Made by a program: the position numbers and the translations under genes. 64,000 bases of DNA from Obrimoposthia wandeli (lineage: Eukaryota). Where the stretch lies: contig CDROCS010000253.1 of the NCBI GenBank assembly GCA_977020255.1, positions 124,001-188,000 on the forward strand, in the 5' to 3' direction. The notes below the pieces were generated by a model. It was not told the DNA's origin and searched no databases. It was given only the letters and a program-made list of their open reading frames with translations. Shown here piece by piece: positions 9,807 through 18,740 of this stretch; position 1 is the stretch's first letter; each line of letters starts with the position of its first letter.

Positions 9807-9856
9807 AAAAAAATTATTCACCAAAGAGTTTGGAAACTACTAATTCGGAAACGACA

Positions 9857-10198
9857 ATGGCGAGAAAAATCCCCGATAAATGGCAGTCCTCAGTTAAAGC
9901 GATAAAAGCTGTGCAGGTCGCTTTTGATATGGACGAAAAGATCCAACTGTCTATTCGTAAACAGGCACTTGATGCAGGCTTAAGTCCTTCAGATCAAATT
10001 CGTGATATTTTAGGCTTACCAATCAATAAAAGACCCAAGCGACCACGCTTAACTGTGAGTTTGGCTCCCAGTGACTATCAACTTCTTGCTGAGAAATATC
10101 AACTACCAGCCGAAGATCAACTAGAAATTAAGAAGAAACTTATGGATGATTTAATCACTCATATTAATTCGGGCAATAGCGACCAAGATGAACAGTGA
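9857..10198 (+). CDS. Putative tandem ribbon-helix-helix DNA-binding protein
   Basis: VQVAFDM-DEKIQLSIRKQALDAG-LSPSDQIRDILG fits the beta/helixA/G-x-S/helixB RHH pattern; second RHH-like unit RLTVSL-APSDYQLLAEKY. ATG 9857 preferred over TTG 9830. Confidence 0.65.
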   Translation: MARKIPDKWQSSVKAIKAVQVAFDMDEKIQLSIRKQALDAGLSPSDQIRDILGLPINKRPKRPRLTVSLAPSDYQLLAEKYQLPAEDQLEIKKKLMDDLITHINSGNSDQDEQ

Positions 10199-10287
10199 TA
10201 TCAACATATAACGACTTTGTTAAAGTTTTTTTTTGTGCCATACTGGAATGAGAAAAAACAAATAATAACTTCACTTGGGATATCCTT

Positions 10288-10545
10288 ATGTTAAAAAAAA
10301 TGACCGCAGTAGCTCTAGCCTTAACGCTATCGGCTTGTGCTAACACTGATGCACTTGATGCAAATATCACCTCATTAACCAGTAAAGTTGATGCTTTATC
10401 AGCCCAAGTTGCTGATTTAGAAACACAGCAACAATCTGTATCAGCTGATGCTAAAGCAGCAAAATCAGCAGCAGAGCAAGCAGCAACAGACGCTAAAGCA
10501 GCAAATGAGCGTATTAATAACGTTGTAGCTTCATATAAAAAATAA
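10288..10545 (+). CDS. lpp: Major outer-membrane lipoprotein (Lpp/OprI alanine-zipper family)
   Basis: Lipobox LSA-C, heptad Ala-rich coiled coil, C-terminal SYKK. Confidence 0.9.
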   Translation: MLKKMTAVALALTLSACANTDALDANITSLTSKVDALSAQVADLETQQQSVSADAKAAKSAAEQAATDAKAANERINNVVASYKK

Positions 10546-10608
10546 TCATTATTGCTAGCTTAATTAGTAATTTAATTAGTAATAGATAACAAAAAAGCAC
10601 CTTTAGGT

Positions 10609-12032
10609 TAATGCCGATCAGTTAAGCAATTTATAGCTTGATTATTTTGCTAATGAGATCAAAATCCAGTGATTGATATCACTGGATTTTTTTATGCAAC
10701 TTTCTACCGCACTTTCCTTAGTTAACTCAAATAATATCACTGAATTTAAAAGCCTTACCGATATTTTATCACCCGAAATTATCGAACAAGGGTTAAATAC
10801 ACACGGTATTGCAACCATTAGAAAAAGAAAACTACCCATGGAAAGTATGATTTGGGCTGTTATTGGTATGGCTTTATTCCGTAATTTTTCTATGCGTCAA
10901 TTACTCAATCAATTAGATATAATTCTGCCTAATGGTACGCCTTTTGTTGCTCCAAGTGCCGTAACTCAAGCGAGAAAAAAGCTTGGAAGCGAAGTGATTA
11001 AAACCATTTTCGAACAAACCCAATTACAATGGAATGAAAAATCTGAACACCCACATTGGTGCGGTTTAAACCTGTATGGCGTTGATGGCGTAGTATGGAG
11101 AACGCCTGATACAAAAGAAAATAGTGATGTTTTCTCTAGAGCAAGTAACAAAAAAGCTATTGGTGCTTATCCACAAGTAAGAATGGTTTGCCAAATGGAG
11201 CTAACAAGCCATATGCTCATTAATAGTGCCTTCGATAGTTACGATGTCAATGAAATGAAACTTGCTGAAAATTTAATTGCTACGACACATGATAACAGTT
11301 TAACTATTTTTGACCGTGGTTTTTATTCATTGGGTTTATTAAATCGTTGGCATAATACAGGTGAAATGAGGCACTGGCTTATCCCTTTAAAAAAGAATAC
11401 TCAGTATAAAGTTATTCGAAAAATGGGTAATAAAGATTATTTAGTCAAAATCGAAACGACACCACAGTCTAAAAAGAAATTTGATGATTTAGGTCATTCA
11501 GTAATCGCTAGATTAGTAACAAGGACGGTTAAAGGCAAAGAAGTAGAAATATTAACGTCAATGGTCGACCCAATGCGATTTCCTAAAGGCGATATTGTTG
11601 ATTTATATTCACATCGTTGGGAGATAGAGCTTGGCTTTCGAGAAATGAAACAATACATGTTAGACAGCAGATTTACGCTTAGAAGTAATCAACCAGACCT
11701 TATAAAACAGGAGTTATGGGGAATTTTATTAGCCTATAACTTAATTCGTTACCAGATGGTTTTAATGGCAAAGTCGCTGAAAAACATCCATCCAAATCAA
11801 CTTAGTTTCCATGGTGCATCACTTCATATAATTCATCATTTAACTCAGTTACCCTTCATATCACCAGGTAATATTCCCAAGTTTGTAATGGATATGACTA
11901 AAGCGGCAGAGCAATTTATCTTGCCATCGAGAAGAGAGAGGAAATACCCTCGAGCATTAAAGTGCTCTAAAAATAGATACCCGGTCAAAAAAGCAGTAAA
12001 AAAATGCCACTCACCTTAAGTGAACGGCATTA
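10609..12032 (+). mobile_element. IS4-family insertion sequence, 1424 bp, structurally complete
   Basis: 18-bp IRs TAATGCCGATCAGTTAAG (10609-10626) and revcomp TAATGCCGTTCACTTAAG (12015-12032), 2 mismatches. 10-bp direct repeats ACCTTTAGGT at 10599-10608 and 12033-12042. Confidence 0.96.
10673..12019 (+). CDS. IS4-family DDE transposase
   Basis: [26 protein letters not shown] (DDE / YREK signature). The stop codon lies inside the right IR. Alternative ATG at 10694. Confidence 0.95.
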   Translation: MISLDFFMQLSTALSLVNSNNITEFKSLTDILSPEIIEQGLNTHGIATIRKRKLPMESMIWAVIGMALFRNFSMRQLLNQLDIILPNGTPFVAPSAVTQARKKLGSEVIKTIFEQTQLQWNEKSEHPHWCGLNLYGVDGVVWRTPDTKENSDVFSRASNKKAIGAYPQVRMVCQMELTSHMLINSAFDSYDVNEMKLAENLIATTHDNSLTIFDRGFYSLGLLNRWHNTGEMRHWLIPLKKNTQYKVIRKMGNKDYLVKIETTPQSKKKFDDLGHSVIARLVTRTVKGKEVEILTSMVDPMRFPKGDIVDLYSHRWEIELGFREMKQYMLDSRFTLRSNQPDLIKQELWGILLAYNLIRYQMVLMAKSLKNIHPNQLSFHGASLHIIHHLTQLPFISPGNIPKFVMDMTKAAEQFILPSRRERKYPRALKCSKNRYPVKKAVKKCHSP

Positions 12033-12083
12033 ACCTTTAGGTGCTTTTTTATTATCTATTACTCTAATGCCATAATTTTAAGG

Positions 12084-12995
12084 TTATTTAACTAACTCAA
12101 TCACTAACCCATGTGGCTTTTCAATGACTGGTAGTAGTTGCTGCCAATGATCACGATTAGTACCCACAAACCGTTGCATCGCTTTCGTTAAAATAACATT
12201 GCCTTTAGTCGTCTCAAGGTCTGTCAATTGTTGATGTATTTCTATTAATTGCTTATCACCATTTTCATATGACATTTTTACTGGCTGATTAACCACTCTC
12301 ACTTTAGTATTTACAGGGACATTATCAAAAAGCCACTTAATATCATTGTCATACATTCGAATACAACCTGAACTCGCACGCATACCAATACCAAAGCGCT
12401 TGTTAGAGCCATGAATTAAGTATTCACTGGTGCCTAATCGTAAGGCATATTTACCAAAAGGATTATTTGGTCCTGCTGGGACTTCATCAGCAAGATACTT
12501 TCCATGCTTAGCAAAGTGACGCTCTTGCATTTCTTTGGTTGGACGCCAAACAGGATCTTTTCTCTTTTCACCAATCACTGTGTTAGTTAACGGTGTCGAT
12601 AGCCCTTGTCGACCAATACCTACCGGAAAAACATGCACTTTATTTTCTTCGGGTGAAAAATAGTACAGACGTAATTCAGGCAAGTTTATTACTATTCCCG
12701 TTCGCGTAATAAAAGGTAGTAACATTTGATTTGGAATAACGATCTCTGCATCAACTTTAAGTAAAAATGGGTCATACTGTGGATTAGCTGCCATTAACGC
12801 TAAAAAGCCAACATCATACTGCTCTGCTAGCTGCTGAAAGTAATCACCTTTAACTACGGTATGTATTTTGGGCTCACCTATAAGGCGCTTTTTCTCACTT
12901 TTTATATCATACACAGTTGCCATCAAAGGCTTAATAGATATCAAGAAGATAAAAAAGCTTAGCAAAATAGAAAGTGACTTTTTATTTTTTATCAT
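12084..12995 (-). CDS. L,D-transpeptidase (ErfK/YbiS/YcfS/YnhG family) with LysM domain
   Basis: LysM-like HTVVKGDYFQQLAEQYDVG..ALMAANP; YkuD motif IHGSN...ASSGCIRM. Confidence 0.92.
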   Translation of the reverse strand: MIKNKKSLSILLSFFIFLISIKPLMATVYDIKSEKKRLIGEPKIHTVVKGDYFQQLAEQYDVGFLALMAANPQYDPFLLKVDAEIVIPNQMLLPFITRTGIVINLPELRLYYFSPEENKVHVFPVGIGRQGLSTPLTNTVIGEKRKDPVWRPTKEMQERHFAKHGKYLADEVPAGPNNPFGKYALRLGTSEYLIHGSNKRFGIGMRASSGCIRMYDNDIKWLFDNVPVNTKVRVVNQPVKMSYENGDKQLIEIHQQLTDLETTKGNVILTKAMQRFVGTNRDHWQQLLPVIEKPHGLVIELVK

Positions 12996-13000
12996 GATAA

Positions 13001-14608
13001 TTATAACCAGTAAGGTTTCATTGTTAAGGCTTTTGCTCTGGACTGATCTAATGCCGTGATTAGATTTTCACTTTTATTGACTAGCCATAGCGTTAATTTT
13101 TTTTCTGGCTTTGGTAGGTGCACTAATTGTTGCTGTAATAAGTTCAACGACTGCAGCTCAACGATGCCCTGTTTAATATCAAGCCAAGGCATATTGAATC
13201 GCTTGACAATGTCGCTCTCTGGTTCAGCGAACAAGCAGCTAAACCAACTTGTAGTTAATAGTGCCCTAATCAATAAACTATGCGCGGTTAAATATAATTC
13301 AATAGAGGTAGAGCCTTGTGGCTTTTGCAATTGAGCTAACTCATCACTCAACGCTTGAGTGCTATTGCTTAAGTGCTTAGCGGCAAAGGCAACTAATGAT
13401 GAAGAATTTTCGGTTTTAAGCGAATCGTCTTTATTTCTTTTAAGTAATAAAGACAGTAAGTCTATTTGTAAATTATTAAAGCGTTCACTATGTAATAACG
13501 CTAATACTTGCGACTCGCTTGGGTAACGATTCTTAGCCAACTGCAACTTACTTATCAGCTCTTGATTAACTAAGTTTTCTTTTTGATATGAACTTTGTTT
13601 GTTGATTAATAATTGAATATAACGTGCATTATCGACCCAATGAATTGTTCGAATAAAATAGCTAAGCTCATTACGAAGTGCTTTCTCATCCGGTGTTAAG
13701 AACTCATCAAAAAGCCAAAACCCCTGCCTAAGTAGTATAAGCTGTTCACTTACTTTATTAAGCATATTTAATGAGGGAATTTCAACATAGTTATCAACAC
13801 AGCGTTGTAACTGGTTTAACGCAAACTCTATACCATAGGTGAAAGCGTTATGTAGTTGAATTTTTTTTGGTAAATCAATCATCGAAAGTGATATTTTCTC
13901 AACAACAGCATTGTCATTAGCTGGTTTATTCTCAACATGGGAGCCCAATTCAGTACTCTCATGATATAAAGCATAACCACGAGCGGCTTTTGTTAGCTGT
14001 CCGGGTCGCAAGGCTAATTGACTAAATAAAAGCTTAGTTAGCACCAATAACGCTTCGGCATTACCACTGACTAACTCTAATTCAACTTCATATATCCGCT
14101 GCTTATTAGCATGGTCTTGGCAAGCAACTTCACCACAATCAAATGCTATCTCAATTTGAGCATCAGTTAAACTAACAAGCCAAGTGTGGCGGGTAAAGTG
14201 AGTAGAAAATAGTTCAACAATCTGTTGCTGCAATTGATTGATATCAGTATTGGGCTGAAAAATATTATTAGAAAATAGCGCAATAATAGGTTTAGCATCA
14301 CCAATGTCGACATTATATTCGGGCCGTTGGTGTAAACCTGCAATGATAGTGCCCGAGGTTTTTATTGTTTGTTCAAAACGTTCATCTTCACCAAAGCATT
14401 TTGTACCGCGAGTACGTAAGGCAATTTTATTCTTGCGTAGTGTTAGCTCAGCAGTATCAAAATAGTGATTACTCAATCGCTTCTCTTGGTGAACAAAGGT
14501 GACCTCATGTCCAGAGAGTAGCTGGCTTATCGTTTTTTTTACCTGCTCTGGATTAACCTGTTCATTACTTTCAAGCAGGGAATACTTTAATTCTATTTCT
14601 GTAACCAT
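13001..14608 (-). CDS. ygiF: CYTH-domain inorganic triphosphatase with CHAD-like C-terminus (YgiF-like)
   Basis: N-terminal EIELK motif, LRTRG, EQTIK, EVELEL, KAARGY. Confidence 0.85.
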   Translation of the reverse strand: MVTEIELKYSLLESNEQVNPEQVKKTISQLLSGHEVTFVHQEKRLSNHYFDTAELTLRKNKIALRTRGTKCFGEDERFEQTIKTSGTIIAGLHQRPEYNVDIGDAKPIIALFSNNIFQPNTDINQLQQQIVELFSTHFTRHTWLVSLTDAQIEIAFDCGEVACQDHANKQRIYEVELELVSGNAEALLVLTKLLFSQLALRPGQLTKAARGYALYHESTELGSHVENKPANDNAVVEKISLSMIDLPKKIQLHNAFTYGIEFALNQLQRCVDNYVEIPSLNMLNKVSEQLILLRQGFWLFDEFLTPDEKALRNELSYFIRTIHWVDNARYIQLLINKQSSYQKENLVNQELISKLQLAKNRYPSESQVLALLHSERFNNLQIDLLSLLLKRNKDDSLKTENSSSLVAFAAKHLSNSTQALSDELAQLQKPQGSTSIELYLTAHSLLIRALLTTSWFSCLFAEPESDIVKRFNMPWLDIKQGIVELQSLNLLQQQLVHLPKPEKKLTLWLVNKSENLITALDQSRAKALTMKPYWL

Positions 14609-14795
14609 TATGTCCTAATTTAAGTGTTTACTATCACTTAACAAGCATACCGTTAGTGCATCAATATGCCAATAGAGAGTTTCTGCTTATTTACTACAAA
14701 CTGATACAGAATATGGGCTAGCCTACTAAGCGCTAAAGAGAAAATAACAAAACTTGTTTGATTAATTGGGTTTCACACCTTGGAATAGTAAATTT

Positions 14796-15165
14796 ATACC
14801 AAACAGATTAATTTATTGGTCAACTTAGAGCTACATTAGCGAGCTTAAAACAAGCAAAATGAGTTAAACATAGTTATTCTATATTTCATTAATTTTGTGC
14901 TGTTATCAGTTTGCTAATGAGCTCCCAAAGGGCGAGTACCTAATAAAAGGTAAAGGCTTATATACTGCGTTATTAATTTTGAGAAGGACGCTGCATGGAT
15001 GCCGCTTATTAGAGAATCCAGACGGTACAGGAAGTACCTTATTAGATAATGCAAGAGCAATTATCCTGAGCACATTCTCCTGAATAACCATTCTCTACAA
15101 TCAATGCCTTGCCTCTAAGGATTTTAACTCTCGCTAAGTGATCAATAAATTAGTCCGATTGGTAT
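14796..15165. repeat. MITE/ERIC-like repeat (subfamily A, reverse orientation) carrying a nested 94-bp insertion at 14988-15081
   Basis: TIRs ataccaaacagattaatttattggtcaacttag / revcomp ataccaatcggactaatttattgatcacttag. The core aagg|gaataacc is interrupted by acgctgcatggatg...cacattctcct. Confidence 0.85.
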
Positions 15166-15281
15166 TACTGAAGGCTTGAGCTGATTTTTGTAAGTAATGA
15201 AGTCATTCTTAGCTTGCCATCAAAGCAGCAAACACATAATATCTTTTCTTCTTTGATTTATTTACTACATTTGGTTTTTCT

Positions 15282-15887
15282 ATGAATAATGTTCTTAACG
15301 TCATAGCATTTCTTGCTATAACTTTATCTAGCTCGCTTTTTTTATCTGTTCAGGCTGCAGAAAACAATTACAAGCAGGGCTATATCTCTGATGAATTATT
15401 CATATATACGCATACTGGACCAGGTAAAAACTATCGAATTTTAGGCACTATTGTTGCTGGTTCAAAAGTTAAAATTACCGGCTCGGTAGACAATGGCTAT
15501 AGTGAGGTCATCGATGATAAAGATCGAGCTACTTGGGTTGAAAGTAAATATGTCACCACTCAAGCAGGACTTCGTTTTGTTGTTGCTGAACTTAATGGAA
15601 AAATAGCCCGTAGTAGTGATTATAGCAGCCAGCTCGATGGTGAAGTAAATGAACTAAAAAGTAAGGTTAACTTATTAACTAATGATAAGATAAAGCTGTC
15701 ATCAGAGCTTGAAAAATTGTCAAGTGCATTAGCACAAACCCAAACTAAAATTAAAGATCAAGATACCAACATTAAAAAACAATGGTTTTTCAATGGCGCC
15801 TTAGTATTAGGCATAGGTTTGATCTTAGGCTTAATTTTACCACGCTTCTTCGCTCGCCGCCGTAGCGCTAAAGATAGCTGGTCATAA
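15282..15887 (+). CDS. ygiM: SH3-domain membrane-anchored protein (TIGR04211 / YgiM family)
   Basis: Signal peptide, YISDELFIYTHTGPGKNYRILG SH3 start, coiled coil, C-terminal TM WFFNGALVLGIGLILGLILP plus basic tail. Confidence 0.88.
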   Translation: MNNVLNVIAFLAITLSSSLFLSVQAAENNYKQGYISDELFIYTHTGPGKNYRILGTIVAGSKVKITGSVDNGYSEVIDDKDRATWVESKYVTTQAGLRFVVAELNGKIARSSDYSSQLDGEVNELKSKVNLLTNDKIKLSSELEKLSSALAQTQTKIKDQDTNIKKQWFFNGALVLGIGLILGLILPRFFARRRSAKDSWS

Positions 15888-15904
15888 CTTTACAACCTAG
15901 GTTA

Positions 15905-15932
15905 AATACCTCAAAACTCAATTTGAGGTATT
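15905..15932. terminator. Hairpin after ygiM
   Basis: aatacctcaaa-actcaa-tttgaggtatt; weak U-tract. Confidence 0.5.
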
Positions 15933-16150
15933 AATAACTGATATTCAACTGCCTCTCTTTTTAGGCTAATCCTGTATCTACCCTAAATTAGCCAAGCAGC
16001 CTATGAGCGAAATTTACTGCTTGGGGTAGCGGCAAACCTATATGGGTGTTTTTATCGGTTGAACACAAGATTATCAATGGTTTTTTAATAACCCTAATAT
16101 TTATAAATAATAAACCGCTTGTTTCCATTTATTATTAAAGAGCACTCTCG

Positions 16151-17248
16151 ATGAAAATACTAGCTATTCCCAACCGTGGCCGCTCATATAATGCAGTGCG
16201 TCCAGAAGCAGAGTGTTATATCAGCTTGGCTAAAGCGGGTCATGAAGTTACCTTATTTACTTGTGAAAGCAATGCTTATTATGCTGACTATAAAAAAGCA
16301 GCTATTAACTTAGTAGAGTTGTCTTCTTTAAAAAAATATAGCTTATCTGTTATCAAACAAGTTCATCGTTATATCAAAGAACATAACATTGATATTGTTT
16401 ACGCGACGGAATCTAATGGTATCCCAAATGCTGCTTTTGCCTGTATAGGCACCCAAGCCAAAATGATTGCTTATCGCGGTACCACTGGAGGCATGTATAA
16501 AACCGATCCTAGTAATTACTTGTGTACATTACATCCAAGAATAAACGGTTATGTTTGCGTATCCAATGCAGTAAAAAAGCATGTTACTACTAAGGTAAGA
16601 AGTGCAATAAAATCTAATATAAGTACTATTTATAAAGGGCATGACATAAATTGGTATAATGAACCTGCAATAGAACTTTCAAGTTTAGCTACCAGTCCAA
16701 CCAATTTCAATATTCTCTGTATCGGTAGTCCTAGACCCTACAAAGGTATGCACTTTATGTTAGATGCGATGAAACATCTAACCGACTTAAGTAATATAAA
16801 ACTGATTCTAGTAGGTGATAATTTTAATTGTGAGCCATTTTCTTCACAAATAAAAGCTACAGGTATGAGTGATCATATCATTGAAACTGGCTTTAGAAAT
16901 GATGTCCCACAAATAGCAAAAGCTTGCGACATATTAGTATTACCTTCAGAGCGAGAAGGCTTGCCTAGAGTTGTATTAGAATCTTTAGCAAGCGGAACGC
17001 CTGTAATAACATCGGCTAACGAAGGGGCAATGGAGATCATTGAAGACGGTATAAATGGTTACGTAGTGCCTATTGGTGACGGGCAAGCAATTGCCGATCG
17101 CATTCGCCATCTTTATCAAAATGAACAGACAAAGCTACATTTAACCGATGGCGCCCTCAATACGATAAACACAACAATGTCTCATAAAAGAACGGTTGAA
17201 AATTATATTAAATATTTTGAAACCATACTTTCGGGTCAAGCGTTATAA
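16151..17248 (+). CDS. Glycosyltransferase family 4 (GT-B fold)
   Basis: EGLPRVVLESLASGTPVI (E-x7-E), GFRNDV, NGYVVP. Confidence 0.9.
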   Translation: MKILAIPNRGRSYNAVRPEAECYISLAKAGHEVTLFTCESNAYYADYKKAAINLVELSSLKKYSLSVIKQVHRYIKEHNIDIVYATESNGIPNAAFACIGTQAKMIAYRGTTGGMYKTDPSNYLCTLHPRINGYVCVSNAVKKHVTTKVRSAIKSNISTIYKGHDINWYNEPAIELSSLATSPTNFNILCIGSPRPYKGMHFMLDAMKHLTDLSNIKLILVGDNFNCEPFSSQIKATGMSDHIIETGFRNDVPQIAKACDILVLPSEREGLPRVVLESLASGTPVITSANEGAMEIIEDGINGYVVPIGDGQAIADRIRHLYQNEQTKLHLTDGALNTINTTMSHKRTVENYIKYFETILSGQAL

Positions 17249-17594
17249 TCAGAAAGTCAGCTCAGCTAAAATGTAATGTAGACTCAATAAGCTACTAAGC
17301 GCAATCACTTCATTATCTTACGCGAGTAATATCGTAATAGATAAGCCAACATACCCACGGCAAGATCATTATAAATTGAATTAATGTTGTAGCTGTGATC
17401 AAATCAATGCCTAACAAAGCATTGGTTTCCCAGTATGAGTACTAATTGTCTTTCCACGTATAAACATGACTTTTACTGGCTATCAGTTATATCAAAGGCT
17501 AAGATGAGGACTTTAGCTTGATTGGCTGACCAACGCCAATAATTTAGTCATGGATTCTTGTCGCATTGTTGATTGATGGCAAAACAGCTAGACT

Positions 17595-18596
17595 CTACGA
17601 TAAATTAAACGGTTTTGATTTACTTGGTAAATTTTTTCCTGACAATAATTCATCTGCAGCAGCTAAGACCCGCTCTGATGACAAACCATCAATGTCAGGA
17701 TGTGTATCACTGATGAAAGCCTCAACTCTCTTTCTGAGCTCGTCAGGATATGACAAACCATATTCAATACTCTCTTCAAGCTTTTCTTTATTTGTAATAT
17801 TAACCATATAGTTTTTAGGTGAAATATTATTAAAAGTAACAACTGGTTTGTTTAGCATTAAAAACATCATCAATACTGATGAGGTATCACAGACCATTAG
17901 ATCAGCTTGCTGCAATAATGGAATAACATTATCCGTTTCAACAAAAGAGATATGCTCACTTTCGAGACTTTTATATTGTTCTATTATCTCTTTAGGCATC
18001 TTGGGATGAAATTGAATTAACCACTGCCACTTTCCTGTCAGACTCAACCGCTTAACCGTTTCAAATAAATGAGGAGCACAAGTTAATGCTCTTGAAAAAG
18101 TTGAGCACATCAAGATGACAGGTTTAGTTTTATGACTTCTTTTTGAGTGTTCAAATAGCGGGTCTAATGCTGGCCAACCAGTTTGTTTAACTGAAAAGTA
18201 TTGATGTTGCTTAGCTAACTCAATAAAGGGCAATGTGGTATTGGGACCTTGTGTACAATATAAATCAAAGCAGCCTCGAATATTAAAATGATCTTCTAAA
18301 CCACGCCTATTTAACTTACCCGCATTAAAACCATGAAAAATGCCAACTTTAATGCCGGAAATAAAGTCAGGTACAACATTACCAGGTACAAAAACAACAT
18401 CAGCTTGATAGTTTTTGACTTCTGTCACAGTTTTCAGATGGGTTTCGACCACTGTTAAATAATTAGGGGATACCTCTTTACCTTCTAAAAACCATGCAGC
18501 TTGATCACCCCGAGCCAATATAGCCGCCTGTATAGGCCGCAAAATAGCATAAGAATAATTTTGCGAAATATAAAATAAATAACGCTTCGTAGCCAT
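17595..18596 (-). CDS. CDP-glycerol glycerophosphotransferase (TagB/TagF-like) family protein, C-terminus possibly eroded
   Basis: KVGIFHG, DLYCTQGP, TGWPALD, FHPK, ADLMVCDTSSV; likely start MATKRYLFY at 18596. Confidence 0.8.
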   Translation of the reverse strand: MATKRYLFYISQNYSYAILRPIQAAILARGDQAAWFLEGKEVSPNYLTVVETHLKTVTEVKNYQADVVFVPGNVVPDFISGIKVGIFHGFNAGKLNRRGLEDHFNIRGCFDLYCTQGPNTTLPFIELAKQHQYFSVKQTGWPALDPLFEHSKRSHKTKPVILMCSTFSRALTCAPHLFETVKRLSLTGKWQWLIQFHPKMPKEIIEQYKSLESEHISFVETDNVIPLLQQADLMVCDTSSVLMMFLMLNKPVVTFNNISPKNYMVNITNKEKLEESIEYGLSYPDELRKRVEAFISDTHPDIDGLSSERVLAAADELLSGKNLPSKSKPFNLS

Positions 18597-18740
18597 CGTA
18601 TTCACCCTTACTCTTTTTAAACAAAAACACACTATTTTACCTGTATATAATAACAATGAAAACACGTATAATTCATTTTTTTTGATGTCTATATTCCCTT
18701 AAGACTTTCTATATATTATTAATAACTGGATATTTTTCAC

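Larger units (their letters stand above)
10591..12050. terminator. Bidirectional intrinsic terminator between lpp and the L,D-transpeptidase gene, split by the IS
   Basis: Removing the IS and one direct repeat restores AAAAAAGCACCT-TT-AGGTGCTTTTTT. Confidence 0.9.

Noticed and set aside
14895-15091. Two overlapping ~62-aa ORFs on opposite strands
   Set aside because: Both fall within the MITE and its nested insert; no protein motif.
15978-16029. Nested stems (ctacc/ggtag, ccaagcag/ctgcttgg) upstream of the GT4 gene as a possible riboswitch or sRNA
   Set aside because: No recognisable aptamer motif and no covariation evidence; would need an Rfam/Infernal search.
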